A stretch of DNA of 64,000 nucleotides, from positions 33,460 through 97,459 of the forward strand of contig DJCV01000013.1 in NCBI GenBank assembly GCA_002430735.1. Reading direction: 5' to 3'. Made by a program: the position numbers and the translations under genes. The notes under the pieces were generated by a model that saw nothing but the letters and a program-made list of their open reading frames with translations, had not been told where the DNA came from and did not search any database. This stretch comes from Candidatus Woesebacteria bacterium UBA5941 (GTDB taxonomy: Bacteria > Patescibacteriota > Microgenomatia > UBA8517). This document shows, in pieces, positions 1 to 12,515 of the stretch (position 1 is the stretch's first letter; the number at the start of each line of letters is the position of its first letter).

Positions 1-271
<271 letters not shown>

Positions 272-274
272 CGT

Positions 275-1987
275 ATGGCCTTCGAATTTTTATCCTCACT
301 TTTCCGTAAGAAGCCTCTCGTGCCTCGAAAGACTACTGCTCCGATGGTATTGGTCGTAATAGATGGTTGGGGGATTGCACCACCGTCTGGAGGTAATGCG
401 ATTTCGCAGGCCAAAACTCCAAACATGACTATGTTTCTATCTAAGTATCCAAACACATCTTTAATCGCATCTGGCGAATCAGTAGGGCTTCCTGCGAATG
501 TTGTCGGGAATTCAGAAGTTGGACATTTGACCTTGGGAGTGGGTCGAGTCATTGATGAAAGTTTGGTGCGGATAAATCGCAGCATTGAAAATGGCGACTT
601 CTTTGAGAATGATGCTTTATTAAAAGCTGCACAGCATGTTAGAGAAACGGGAGGTACGTTTCATATCGGCGGAATGGTGAGTAGTGGTAATGTGCACTCT
701 TCTATTAAACATTTATATGCACTTATTGATTTTGCAAAACGTCAGAAGTTGCCTCAGGTGAGGCTGCACTTGTTTACTGATGGGCGAGATGCGGCACCTA
801 TGGATGGTATTAATGTTATTAAACAAATAGAAGAAGCAATATCAGCTGTCCCTTCTATAAAAATAGCCTCAATTGCAGGTCGTTACTATGCTATGGATCG
901 TGATGCCCGTTGGGAGAGAACAAAACAAGTGTACGATGCCATGACGTTGGGGAAAGGTCCTCAGTTTGCAAGTGCCTCCGCTGCAATGACGTCTTACTAT
1001 GCGCAAGCTATTACTGATGAGTTTGTAACGCCAAGTATCATTACATCAGAAGGATCTCCACCAAGTATAGTGAAAGATAATGATAGTATCATTTTGTTCA
1101 ACTATCGAATAGATAGACCTAGACAGATATCGATGAGTTTTGTGTTGCCAGATTTTGAATATCTCAAAGGCTACGAATGGGGGTTTGACTTAGATCAAGG
1201 AAATACTAAATCGAAAACTTCCAAAGGACCAACATTTAAAAGAGAGAAGATTGTACAAAATTTATTCTTTGTAAGTATGACGGAATACCAACGTCAGTTA
1301 CCGGTTTCTGCTGTAGCATTTCCAAACCATATCGTAAACGACTCGCTATCTGAAGTTCTCTCCAAGCTCAGTTATTCCCAACTTCACCTCGCTGAAAGTG
1401 AGAAAGAGCGAATGGTCACATATTACTTTGATGGGCTCAGAACCGAGCGTTTTACCGGTGAAGAAGTGACAATAGTACGCTCACCACGGGTACCTACCTA
1501 CGACAAGAAGCCTGAAATGGCCGTGAGAGAGATTACAGCCAAGTTTAAAAGCGCTATTCTGAGTGATGCATACGACTTTATCGTCTTAAATATTGCTAAT
1601 CCTGATATGGTTGCGCATACTGGAAACTTGAAGGCCACGGTACAGGCCGTCGAAGAAGTTGATAAGGCGATTGGCATTATGCACGACCTAGTAATGTCAA
1701 AGGATGGCACTATGTGTATTACAGCTGATCATGGAAATGCAGAGGAGCTTTTAACATATAATCAATCAGGCTTCTTTTTTACATCAGAGACTGGTTCGAT
1801 GAATACAGAGCATTCGAATAACCCTGTACCATTTGTTATTATGAATAAGGCATTCGTTGGAGCAGGTCAGTCAGTCGAAATGCAAAAAGGAGCATTAAGT
1901 GATGTAGCACCCACGATATTAGCACTCATGAAAGTGCCAGTGCCAGAAAGTATGACAGGGAAGAACCTTTTTGTAATTAAAAAATAA
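275..1987 (+). CDS. gpmI: 2,3-bisphosphoglycerate-independent phosphoglycerate mutase
   Basis: Motifs IDGWG, GNSEVGH, DGRD, GRYYAMDRD, NPDMVAHTG, ADHGNAE. Confidence 0.96.
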   Translation: MAFEFLSSLFRKKPLVPRKTTAPMVLVVIDGWGIAPPSGGNAISQAKTPNMTMFLSKYPNTSLIASGESVGLPANVVGNSEVGHLTLGVGRVIDESLVRINRSIENGDFFENDALLKAAQHVRETGGTFHIGGMVSSGNVHSSIKHLYALIDFAKRQKLPQVRLHLFTDGRDAAPMDGINVIKQIEEAISAVPSIKIASIAGRYYAMDRDARWERTKQVYDAMTLGKGPQFASASAAMTSYYAQAITDEFVTPSIITSEGSPPSIVKDNDSIILFNYRIDRPRQISMSFVLPDFEYLKGYEWGFDLDQGNTKSKTSKGPTFKREKIVQNLFFVSMTEYQRQLPVSAVAFPNHIVNDSLSEVLSKLSYSQLHLAESEKERMVTYYFDGLRTERFTGEEVTIVRSPRVPTYDKKPEMAVREITAKFKSAILSDAYDFIVLNIANPDMVAHTGNLKATVQAVEEVDKAIGIMHDLVMSKDGTMCITADHGNAEELLTYNQSGFFFTSETGSMNTEHSNNPVPFVIMNKAFVGAGQSVEMQKGALSDVAPTILALMKVPVPESMTGKNLFVIKK

Positions 1988-1996
1988 CAGAAACAC

Positions 1997-2611
1997 ATGT
2001 ATATAGAACCATTCTTTTTGACGGGTATCGCGATAGTATCTATTTGTTTAGTGCTTCTAATTGTCGCGGTTACTATTCTTTATATTCGCGTAAATAGGGC
2101 GTTTTTATCGATGAGTACAGAGTTTACTCTATACAAAAAGGATCATGAAACCCAAGCGAAGCACGCGCTTGACGAAGCGCAAAAGAAAGCTCAAGAAATT
2201 ATTGCAAGCACCCAACTTTTTAGCTCTGATATGAAAAAATCAGTTGCAGATGCTATTAACAAATCGGTTGCGAATGGTACTTCAACATATGATCAGTTAA
2301 TTTCTGAAATGGGAGACAAAAGCGCCAAAGAATTATTAACCTACTCAGATTCATTAAAGAAAATGGTACAAGGCGAAGCAAGTTCTTTAACCAATTCTTT
2401 TAAAGATCAGTTACAAAATGAAGAACAGGCTTTCCATCAAACACTAGAACAAAGTCAAGCAGAAATACTTGAAGAGGTAAAAAAGAAAGCAAGTGCTTTG
2501 TTGTCAGACGTTGTAAAAGATGCAGTCAAAAAATCCATTACTGTTGAGGAGTCAGAAGAGTTAATTCTTTCAAGTCTTCAGAAGATAAAGAAACAACATG
2601 GATTTTCCTAA
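1997..2611 (+). CDS. ATP synthase subunit b-like protein (N-terminal TM helix + long coiled coil)
   Basis: Single N-terminal TM, then ALDEAQKKAQEII-type coiled coil; located immediately before delta and alpha. Confidence 0.6.
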   Translation: MYIEPFFLTGIAIVSICLVLLIVAVTILYIRVNRAFLSMSTEFTLYKKDHETQAKHALDEAQKKAQEIIASTQLFSSDMKKSVADAINKSVANGTSTYDQLISEMGDKSAKELLTYSDSLKKMVQGEASSLTNSFKDQLQNEEQAFHQTLEQSQAEILEEVKKKASALLSDVVKDAVKKSITVEESEELILSSLQKIKKQHGFS

Positions 2612-3002
2612 TATCAAACCCAAGACAAAAGACGAGCTTTTGTCATATATCGAAATACTTACTGAAACTGTTTCAAAAGAAGAAGCAGAAGAAAAGCTCC
2701 CTACTAGTCTAATGCAAGAATTAACCCGTACTATGGTTGAAAAGCAGCAATCATTTGATCAAGCATCTTCTAATATCAAAACATATCTTAATGCTATGAA
2801 AGGTATAAAAATATATCTTTCTGAAGAACCTTCTCAGCGATTGGTGAAAAAGATCCTCACACTATTCTCGGATATTCATCCACATAGATATATAGAATTC
2901 ATAATAGATTCATCTGTTATTGCTGGTGTTAAAGTTTCAATTGATGGGAGCTACTACGATGAAAGTATTGACGCGCTGATTGATAAAAAGCTTGTACACT
3001 AA
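2598..3002 (+). CDS. atpH: F1 delta/OSCP-like subunit (short, divergent)
   Basis: C-terminal IDSSVIAGVKVSIDGSYYDESI matches the OSCP/delta C-terminus; synteny. Confidence 0.7.
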   Translation: MDFPNIKPKTKDELLSYIEILTETVSKEEAEEKLPTSLMQELTRTMVEKQQSFDQASSNIKTYLNAMKGIKIYLSEEPSQRLVKKILTLFSDIHPHRYIEFIIDSSVIAGVKVSIDGSYYDESIDALIDKKLVH

Positions 3003-3013
3003 ACCTACACATT

Positions 3014-4467
3014 ATGTCTGCCCAAGACCTCTTTACCGTTTCGCTCAAAAAAATAAATGAAGTTGGCTTTGTTGAAGAAGTTCATTCTAACCTGATTAGA
3101 ATATCAGGTCTACCTCGAGTGCACGCTTTAGAGGTGGTTGTATTTGAAAACGGGTCACGCGGTTATGTCTACTCAATTGATGAGCTATTAATCGATGTTG
3201 TCTTAATGACTGATAATTCGGTCTCAATTGGCGAACGTGTGGCTAGAACCGGTGAGTCGATTATGGTTCATATGTCACCTGATTTATTAGGTAAACATGT
3301 GAATGCATTGGGTGAGCCTGTTGGAGTGAACTCGTCTATTCTGAATTCGCCAATTAAATACCCTGTGTTTCGTCCAGCGCCTCCCATGGCGTCTCGAACC
3401 CCGATTCGCCGTGAATTTGAAACCGGTATTGCCGTCGTAGATATGACCGTCCCTCTCGGTCATGGTCAACGCGAACTCTTGCTTGGTGATAGAAAAACAG
3501 GTAAAACCCAATTCTTGCTCCAAATTTTGAGGAACCAAGTGCAGCAGAATACGGTTTGTATTTATTGTGCGATAGGAAAGAGGGAAACAGAAATTCATGA
3601 GATTATTGAGCTTTTTAAAGATCCAGCCTACAAGGGCGCTGTTACCGTAGTTGCGAGTAGCGGGCATGAAGGTGTTGGGCGTATCTTTTTGACTCCGTTT
3701 ACTGCAATGTCCATTGCTGAATACTTTAGAGATCTTGGTCGTGATGTTTTTCTTATTCTTGATGACCTTTCTTCTCACGCACAGTTTTATCGTGAGCTCG
3801 CCCTTCTTGCTAAGCGATTCCCGGGGCGGTCTTCCTATCCGGGAGATATTTTCCATGTTCATGCGGAATTACTTGAGCGAGCAGGGAGTTTCCACTTGTC
3901 TAACAATAAAGAGGGAACGATTACCTGTTTGCCGGTTGCGCAGTCGGTTCTTGGAGATATAACGGGCTACATTACCACAAATTTAATGTCTATGACCGAT
4001 GGCCACTTATATCTTGACACCGAAATCTTTGATGAAGGAAGAAGACCAGCGCTAAACCCATTTCTTTCTGTGACTCGTGTCGGTCACCAGACTCAAACTC
4101 CTTTGCTCCGTGACTTATCACGCGAAATTACTAGTTTCTTGACAAGCTATCGCCGGGCACAAGAATTCTCTCACTTTGGAAGTGAAGTCAGTGCAGAAGT
4201 TAAAGAAACGATTGCTCGCGGCAAACTCGTTGATTCCTTTTTTGATCAAAATGCCCTCGTTGTATTCCCTGCAAATTTCGCTGCATTCATCCTCGCCCAT
4301 ATTTGGGCGGGTACTGTTAAAAGTGAAACGCCAGAAACATTTAAAAAGAAAGTATCTGAGGCATTAGCTAAGTTTGCAAATGATGCGCAGTATCGAGCGA
4401 ATGTGGAATCCTTAGCAACGCTTAAAGACTTCAAATCATTAATTGGGAAGGTGCAATCTATTTCTCT

Positions 4468-4471
<4 letters not shown>
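3014..4471 (+). CDS. atpA: F1 ATPase alpha subunit (divergent)
   Basis: GQRELLLGDRKTGKT, DDLSSHA, PGRSSYPGDIF, LSVTRVG (Arg finger kept). Confidence 0.93.
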
Positions 4472-6948
<2,477 letters not shown>

Positions 6949-6958
6949 CCTCAATCAG

Positions 6959-7031
6959 TCGGGGTGCTGGGATTCGAACCCAGGGCCTCAGCTACCCGAA
7001 AGCTGCACGCTACCAACTGCGCCACACCCCG
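6959..7031 (-). tRNA. tRNA-Pro(CGG)
   Basis: Reverse strand CGGGGTG...CAGCT-TTCGGGT-AGCTG...GGGTTCGAATCCC...CACCCCG-A folds as a cloverleaf; CCA not encoded. Confidence 0.95.
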
Positions 7032-7072
7032 TTTTCCTCCAATTTTAGCCATTAACATCACTGGAAACAAAT

Positions 7073-7200
7073 TGTGCACTTTATCTACAGGTTATCCGCA
7101 AAGCCTGCATGGTATTTATTTAAACCCATAATAAAGCTTCTTCGATAAGTTATCCACAATTTTGGCATTACTTTCAACATAGCCTATATTTCTAGCCTAG
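7073..7200. promoter_or_regulatory. DnaA-box cluster (candidate replication origin or DnaA-regulated site)
   Basis: TTATCCACA exact at 7150-7158; TTATCTACA 7081-7089 and TTATCCGCA 7092-7100 with one mismatch each; AT-rich intergenic region. Confidence 0.55.
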
Positions 7201-7231
7201 AAAGCAACTTTCCACTAAGGTACAATCACTT

Positions 7232-7918
7232 ATGGCTAACTTTTATGTAGTTGCTACTCCAATTGGAAATTTGGGAGATATTTCGAGTCGTGCGCTAGAT
7301 GTTCTATCTCAGGTAGATGTTGTCTTAGCAGAGGACAGCCGTGAAGCTCATAAATTGCTCCAGTCTTTTAATATTGATAAGCAGATTTTTGTTTATAACC
7401 AGCATTCATTTCTTTCAAAAAGAGATGAAATTTTAGCAATGCTTCTTTCAGGTAAAAATATGGCTCTTATTACTGATGCTGGCACGCCTGGAATTTCTGA
7501 TCCTGGAAATGAGCTTGTTTCTTTCCTTTCTCCCTTTGAAAATCAAATAAAAATCATTCCAATTCCCGGAGCAAGTGCGGTGTCAGCTCTTTTATCAGTT
7601 TCAGGTTTTCCCTGTCAGAACTATTCTTTTTTTGGTTTTTTTCCCAGGAACAAACAGTTAAAGTTTTTAAAGGAAATTTCTAGCATGCATCATCCAATTG
7701 TTTTTTTTGAATCTCCTCATCGGATTTTAAAAACACTTGAAGCGATTGAAGCAAACGTCCCCGCTACAACCAAAATAGTGTTAGGTCGAGAATTAACTAA
7801 GCTTTACGAATCAATCTACAGAGGAAGTGCTTCTGAAGTGCGCAGTTTGCTCTCCCAATCACTACCTATAAAAGGCGAGATCGTGGCTGTTTTATACAAT
7901 CCAAAAGGCAATAAATAA
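7232..7918 (+). CDS. rsmI: 16S rRNA (cytidine1402-2'-O)-methyltransferase
   Basis: VVATPIGNLGDIS, DAGTPGISDPG, FESPHR, RELTKLYE. Confidence 0.96.
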   Translation: MANFYVVATPIGNLGDISSRALDVLSQVDVVLAEDSREAHKLLQSFNIDKQIFVYNQHSFLSKRDEILAMLLSGKNMALITDAGTPGISDPGNELVSFLSPFENQIKIIPIPGASAVSALLSVSGFPCQNYSFFGFFPRNKQLKFLKEISSMHHPIVFFESPHRILKTLEAIEANVPATTKIVLGRELTKLYESIYRGSASEVRSLLSQSLPIKGEIVAVLYNPKGNK

Positions 7919-7926
7919 TTCCCCAC

Positions 7927-7956
7927 TTGACGGGCAGTTTTGTAATGATTTATATT
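7927..7956 (+). promoter_or_regulatory. sigma70-type promoter for the intergenic structured RNA
   Basis: TTGACG-N18-TATATT with no ORF directly downstream. Confidence 0.5.
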
Positions 7957-7962
7957 TTTACT

Positions 7963-8219
7963 CAGAAGAGCTCTTGCTTAAATTTAAGTACTAGAAAGAG
8001 ATCTTTACTGCACTCTAGAGGCCTGGAGTAATAGTAAAAATCTTTTTGCACTTTGTCTGATGTCTGGTCTGTTGTTTGCGTTCGTTGAAATTGCGCGACA
8101 CGCCCTTTGTCTGCTTTGAGTTTGGTTAGTGGTGGAGTTCAGGAGGGCGTTGTCTGCGTTCTCATTTTCGAAACTTCGTATACAGTGAGGATGCTTCTTG
8201 TCCTTTTATGTTTGTCTTT
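7963..8219 (+). ncRNA. putative structured non-coding RNA (unassigned; possibly 6S-like)
   Basis: Hairpins at 7963-8010 and 8012-8029, then a long irregular stem at 8069-8185 with core GACACGCCCT/AGGGCGTTGTC; G/T-rich; upstream promoter. Confidence 0.45.
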
Positions 8220-8294
8220 TGGTGCCTTTGGAGGGAATTGAACCCCCATCGTACCCTTAGGACGGGTCCGCTCTATCCGTTGAGCTACAAAGGC
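8220..8294 (-). tRNA. tRNA-Arg(CCT)
   Basis: Reverse strand GCCTTTG...GACCC-GTCCTAA-GGGTA...GGGTTCAATTCCC...CAAAGGC-ACCA; CCA encoded. Confidence 0.92.
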
Positions 8295-8372
8295 GAACGC
8301 TTTGCGTTCCTATTCTACCATTTCTACCGCAACAGTTGCGTCTATGCGCTACAATTAATGTTCACGCTAAGG

Positions 8373-9371
8373 ATGGCACGAAAACTACTGGTTACGGGCG
8401 GTTGCGGCTTCATTGGGAGTAACTTTATTTCATATTGGTTTTCCAGATACCCTAAAGATTCAATTACAAACCTTGATGCGTTAACATACGCAGGGCACCT
8501 GTCTTCAACGGCACATTTCGCAGATAACAAGAACTACCACTTTATTAAAGGAAGCATTCTGAATAAGCGTGTGGTTGAGCGTGCAATGAAGGATGTTGAT
8601 ATTGTTGTTCATTTTGCAGCTGAAAGCCATGTTGATAGATCTATTAAAAATCCGACTCTTTTTCTCGAGACGAATGTACTCGGAACACAAGTCCTTCTTG
8701 AATCAGCATTACGAAATAAGATTAAACGATTTCATCATATTTCAACGGATGAAGTATATGGTGCTTTGGAGTTTAATACCGGAGAGAAATTTTCTGAAGA
8801 GACAAGCTACCGACCAAGGAGTCCTTATGCTGCATCAAAGGCTGCCTCAGATCATTTAGTGCAGTCATACGCACATACCTTTGGACTTCCTACGACGATC
8901 ACAAACTGTAGTAATAACTTCGGGCCTTTTCAGGATCCAGAGAAATTTATTCCACGGCTTATTACAAACTGTATTGAGGATAGGAAAGTTATGCTGTACG
9001 GTGATGGGCTCAATGTTCGAGATTGGTTACATGTTGAGGACCATTGCCGGGCAATCGATCTCGTGATTACGAAAGGAAGTATTAACAATACCTATTGCAT
9101 TGGAGGGCAGGTAGATGAGGTGAGTAACCTTGAGGTTGCGACTCGCGTGTTGAATTATTTTAATAAGAGTACGGATCAGATTGCATTTGTAACAGATCGA
9201 TTAGGACACGACAGGCGATATGCCGTCAACTGGACTAAGATTCGAACAGAACTTGGGTGGAAACCTCGGTATCAATTTGATGAATGGCTAACAGCAACTA
9301 TTAAATGGTACGAAGAAAATACTGCTTGGTGGAGGCCATTGAAAGAACGTGCTGAGAAATTGTATCGCTAA
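8373..9371 (+). CDS. rfbB: dTDP-glucose 4,6-dehydratase
   Basis: VTGGCGFIGSNF, HFAAESHVDRSI, STDEVYG, YAASK. Start moved to MARKLL because the longer ORF overlaps the tRNA. Confidence 0.96.
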   Translation: MARKLLVTGGCGFIGSNFISYWFSRYPKDSITNLDALTYAGHLSSTAHFADNKNYHFIKGSILNKRVVERAMKDVDIVVHFAAESHVDRSIKNPTLFLETNVLGTQVLLESALRNKIKRFHHISTDEVYGALEFNTGEKFSEETSYRPRSPYAASKAASDHLVQSYAHTFGLPTTITNCSNNFGPFQDPEKFIPRLITNCIEDRKVMLYGDGLNVRDWLHVEDHCRAIDLVITKGSINNTYCIGGQVDEVSNLEVATRVLNYFNKSTDQIAFVTDRLGHDRRYAVNWTKIRTELGWKPRYQFDEWLTATIKWYEENTAWWRPLKERAEKLYR

Positions 9372-9376
9372 CCTGT

Positions 9377-10558
9377 TTACTTCAAACTGAGCCAGTATAA
9401 GTTTGGAAGGGTGCCTGTTGCTCCGAACCCGGTCAATATAACCATTTTGCTCGTCGATGTTGTTGGGAATGCATAGGGAAAGATATAGCTACCGGTGTAT
9501 ACAGCCAAACGGTTAGTTCCGTCATAGTCTTGAATAATAATCTTGTCTTTCTCTGTTATTAAGATATTAAGCGAGTTAGGCAGCCAGTACACCGTATTTC
9601 CGTTTGATTCCACAAGAAAGTTGCGGTCCTCTTTAATGTCATACACGTACGTCTTTCCATTCGCAATAGTTCTCTCTTGTTTCTGAGAAGAGGATCCTGG
9701 GAGTTCTTTCACTAATCCTGTTGGGATAGTTGCACTTCCACTTGCTGTGTATAAAATCTTCGTTTCATCAGGAGAGAATTGGATATTCTTTGTTACAGAT
9801 TGAAACACTTTGTTTATGTTCTTTTCAACTTTTGCCAGTTGTGCAGTTGTCTTTTCGTTTTTGCTTAATTCCCATTCTGCTTTAATCTTTTGGACCTGAG
9901 GCGCAATATTTACAAGGTTGCGAGAGTCGGTAAAGCTTGCGACCGGTAACAAGTATGTTCCAGACTTTGATGCAACTAAGAGTTCTCGTCCATCAGGGGA
10001 CCATTCCCATGTGAATGTTGTGAGATCAGCGTTTGTTATTCGTTTTGGGTCCCTCCCAAAACCAAGGGGAAGGTTCGTTGTTTCATACAGCCAGAGTCCG
10101 CCCTTTTCATTTTCTTTGTCCTTAGCTGGCTCAAGAGGTACTGCGTATGCAATTTTGGTGAAATCACGGCTTACTTGTGGATTCACAACACCGGTAAAGC
10201 TTAACGCGGTAAGTGAAGGTGCCGAGGGAATTAAGTATGCATTAATTTGGGTAACAATCTCTTTTTGGATTTCAATTGTCTTTTCCCAGGTTACAAACCC
10301 TTCTTTTCGCACTGAAACTTTATGACTGCCAGGATCTAATGGGAGGGTATTATTGGTTGCAGTCTCTAATTTGTCATCGACAAACACTTGTGCCCCTGTG
10401 GGTTCTGAGTTCACAACAAGAAGTCCCTTCGCAGAGATCGTAAGGGCGTCTTCTCTGTTTTCGAGGCGAAACCCGCGTGCATACAAAATAGCTACCGTGG
10501 TGATTCCCCCAACAACCAGTAGTGTTGAGAGCAGAATAAGAATTCTAAATTTGACCAT
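9377..10558 (-). CDS. PEGA-domain membrane-anchored protein with TolB-like/beta-propeller C-terminus
   Basis: N-terminal TM, GLLVVNSEPTGAQVFVDD...PGSHKVSVRKEGF (PEGA), WSPDG/FSPDE repeats. Confidence 0.8.
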   Translation of the reverse strand: MVKFRILILLSTLLVVGGITTVAILYARGFRLENREDALTISAKGLLVVNSEPTGAQVFVDDKLETATNNTLPLDPGSHKVSVRKEGFVTWEKTIEIQKEIVTQINAYLIPSAPSLTALSFTGVVNPQVSRDFTKIAYAVPLEPAKDKENEKGGLWLYETTNLPLGFGRDPKRITNADLTTFTWEWSPDGRELLVASKSGTYLLPVASFTDSRNLVNIAPQVQKIKAEWELSKNEKTTAQLAKVEKNINKVFQSVTKNIQFSPDETKILYTASGSATIPTGLVKELPGSSSQKQERTIANGKTYVYDIKEDRNFLVESNGNTVYWLPNSLNILITEKDKIIIQDYDGTNRLAVYTGSYIFPYAFPTTSTSKMVILTGFGATGTLPNLYWLSLK

Positions 10559-10614
10559 ACTCTATATTATAACAAGAGCGGGCTTTAGAAGCTCGTATAT
10601 GATACAAATATCTC

Positions 10615-11616
10615 ATGCGAAGAAAAATTGCCGTTGATTTAGGCACAAATAATACGAGCATTTGGTCCAATGGGTCTGTTGCCTTTACTGAGCCGACTAT
10701 TGTAGTCCTGTCTGCAAGCGATGAACGCATTGTGGCTATTGGTAATGAAGCACACGAAATGCTTGGTAAAACTCCTGAAACAGTGATATCCATTCGTCCC
10801 ATCTCTGGAGGTGTCATATCAGACTTCTCAATTGCTAAAGCTTTCTTAAAGATTCAATTTTCAAAACTCTCGCAATCGTTTGAGTTGCTACGTCCAGATG
10901 TAATGATTGCAGTTCCGTCTGGCAGTACTTCAGTTGAGCGTCGAGCTGCCCTTGAAGTAGCTCTCGAGGCGGGGGCAGCGCATGCATATATCGTTGAGGC
11001 GACACTTGCTGCCGCAATAGGCGCTGGGGTTGCTGTGAGTTCACCTGCCGGGAATGTAATATTACATATGGGAGCAGATGTAACAGAAGCTGCTGTTATA
11101 TCTCTCGGCGGAGTCGTTGCATATGAAAGTAAACGTGTGGGAGGGAACACTATTAATCAGGCAATTAAGCAACACCTGAAAAATAAACATGGACTCATTA
11201 TTGGCGACGCGACAGCAGAAGAAATTAAGCAGAAAATTGCGACTGCAGTCGTCACAACTGATGATCGAGAGCTTGAAATCTCTGGGCGTGATCTAACATT
11301 TGGGATGCCACGAAATGTTGTTGTTAAAACAAAAGAGATTCACACAGCGATCAGCCCGATTCTTGAACTGTTGTCAGCTGTTGTTGAGAGTGCACTTGAA
11401 AAAACTCCGCCAGAGTTATCATCTGATGTTATTGATAAGGGTATTGTTTTAACAGGTGGAGGAGCACGCTTAAGTAAGTTTGATAAGTTCTTAACTTTAA
11501 CCACTGGTATTCCGAGTCACTTAGCCGAAGATCCAGAGCTCTGTGCAGTTCGGGGTGCTGCTGTTGTGCTTGAAAATCTGAATTTGTGGAAGAGAAGCAT
11601 TATAACCAAATCGTGA
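10615..11616 (+). CDS. mreB: MreB/Mbl-family actin-like protein (divergent)
   Basis: AVDLGTNNT, IRPISGGVISDF, AAAIGAG, GRDLTFGMPR, LTGGGARL. Confidence 0.88.
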   Translation: MRRKIAVDLGTNNTSIWSNGSVAFTEPTIVVLSASDERIVAIGNEAHEMLGKTPETVISIRPISGGVISDFSIAKAFLKIQFSKLSQSFELLRPDVMIAVPSGSTSVERRAALEVALEAGAAHAYIVEATLAAAIGAGVAVSSPAGNVILHMGADVTEAAVISLGGVVAYESKRVGGNTINQAIKQHLKNKHGLIIGDATAEEIKQKIATAVVTTDDRELEISGRDLTFGMPRNVVVKTKEIHTAISPILELLSAVVESALEKTPPELSSDVIDKGIVLTGGGARLSKFDKFLTLTTGIPSHLAEDPELCAVRGAAVVLENLNLWKRSIITKS

Positions 11617-12425
11617 AAAAGCCTTTTAACGCTCAAAAAGAGATAATTACCCAAAAGCTCGACCATATTTTGGGTGTCAAAATAAGTAGCAGTAGCCAGG
11701 ATGATTTGCTAAAAGCCATCGAAAAATGGCTCATAGAAAAACGACATTTTTTAATAGTAACCCCCAATCCAGAGATTGTTCTAATGTCTCAATCAAATGA
11801 ATTACTTCGTAATGCTCTTAATTCTGCGGATATTTCACTTCCTGATGGTATTGGTCTTGTTTTTGCCGCAAAATTCCTAAGAAATTCTCACATGCGCCGA
11901 ATTCAAGGCAGAAAATTTATGGTCTCACTTCTTGGGCAATTAAACAAAATGGGAGGAAAAGTGTATTTTGTTGGCAGCACAGACGCGGTAATTCAGTCCG
12001 TACTGGAACGGGTATCACAAGACTTCCCACATGTTCATGCAAAAGGGACATCTGGTCCATTGCTCTCGCGGAATGGAAAACCTATAGATAAAGTAAGCGA
12101 AAATCGTGAAACAGCTGCACTTAATGAGATTACCTCGTTTAAACCAAACATTGTCTTTGTTGGATTTGGTGCTCCGAAACAGGAACTATGGTCTGCCAAA
12201 CATCGGAACATCTTTAGTAAGTCAGGGGTTATGGTTGTAGGAGGCAGTCTAGATACATATAGTGGTCATGTTTCCCATCCACCTGTTCTTTTTGAGCAAT
12301 TGGGGATTGAATGGTTATGGAGATTTATTCATGAACCAAAACGACTGATACGAATCTTAAATGCCGTTTTTGTATTTCCGTTGTTTGTTGTAAAAGCAAA
12401 AATTGAAAGCGTTTTATATAGATAG
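11586..12425 (+). CDS. WecB/TagA/CpsF family glycosyltransferase
   Basis: VTPNPE, PDGIG, VGFGAPKQELW, GIEWLWRFIHEPKR; true start may be GTG at 11613. Confidence 0.92.
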   Translation: MEEKHYNQIVKKPFNAQKEIITQKLDHILGVKISSSSQDDLLKAIEKWLIEKRHFLIVTPNPEIVLMSQSNELLRNALNSADISLPDGIGLVFAAKFLRNSHMRRIQGRKFMVSLLGQLNKMGGKVYFVGSTDAVIQSVLERVSQDFPHVHAKGTSGPLLSRNGKPIDKVSENRETAALNEITSFKPNIVFVGFGAPKQELWSAKHRNIFSKSGVMVVGGSLDTYSGHVSHPPVLFEQLGIEWLWRFIHEPKRLIRILNAVFVFPLFVVKAKIESVLYR

Positions 12426-12515
12426 CAATAGATTGACTATGTATTATTGACGACTGAAAAACGAGATAAAGAAAATAAAGAGTATGAACATAGACTTTTT
12501 GATATAATAACCAAT

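Noticed and set aside
8208-8372. N-terminal extension of the rfbB ORF
   Set aside because: It overlaps tRNA-Arg on the opposite strand; homology starts at MARKLLVTGG (8373)
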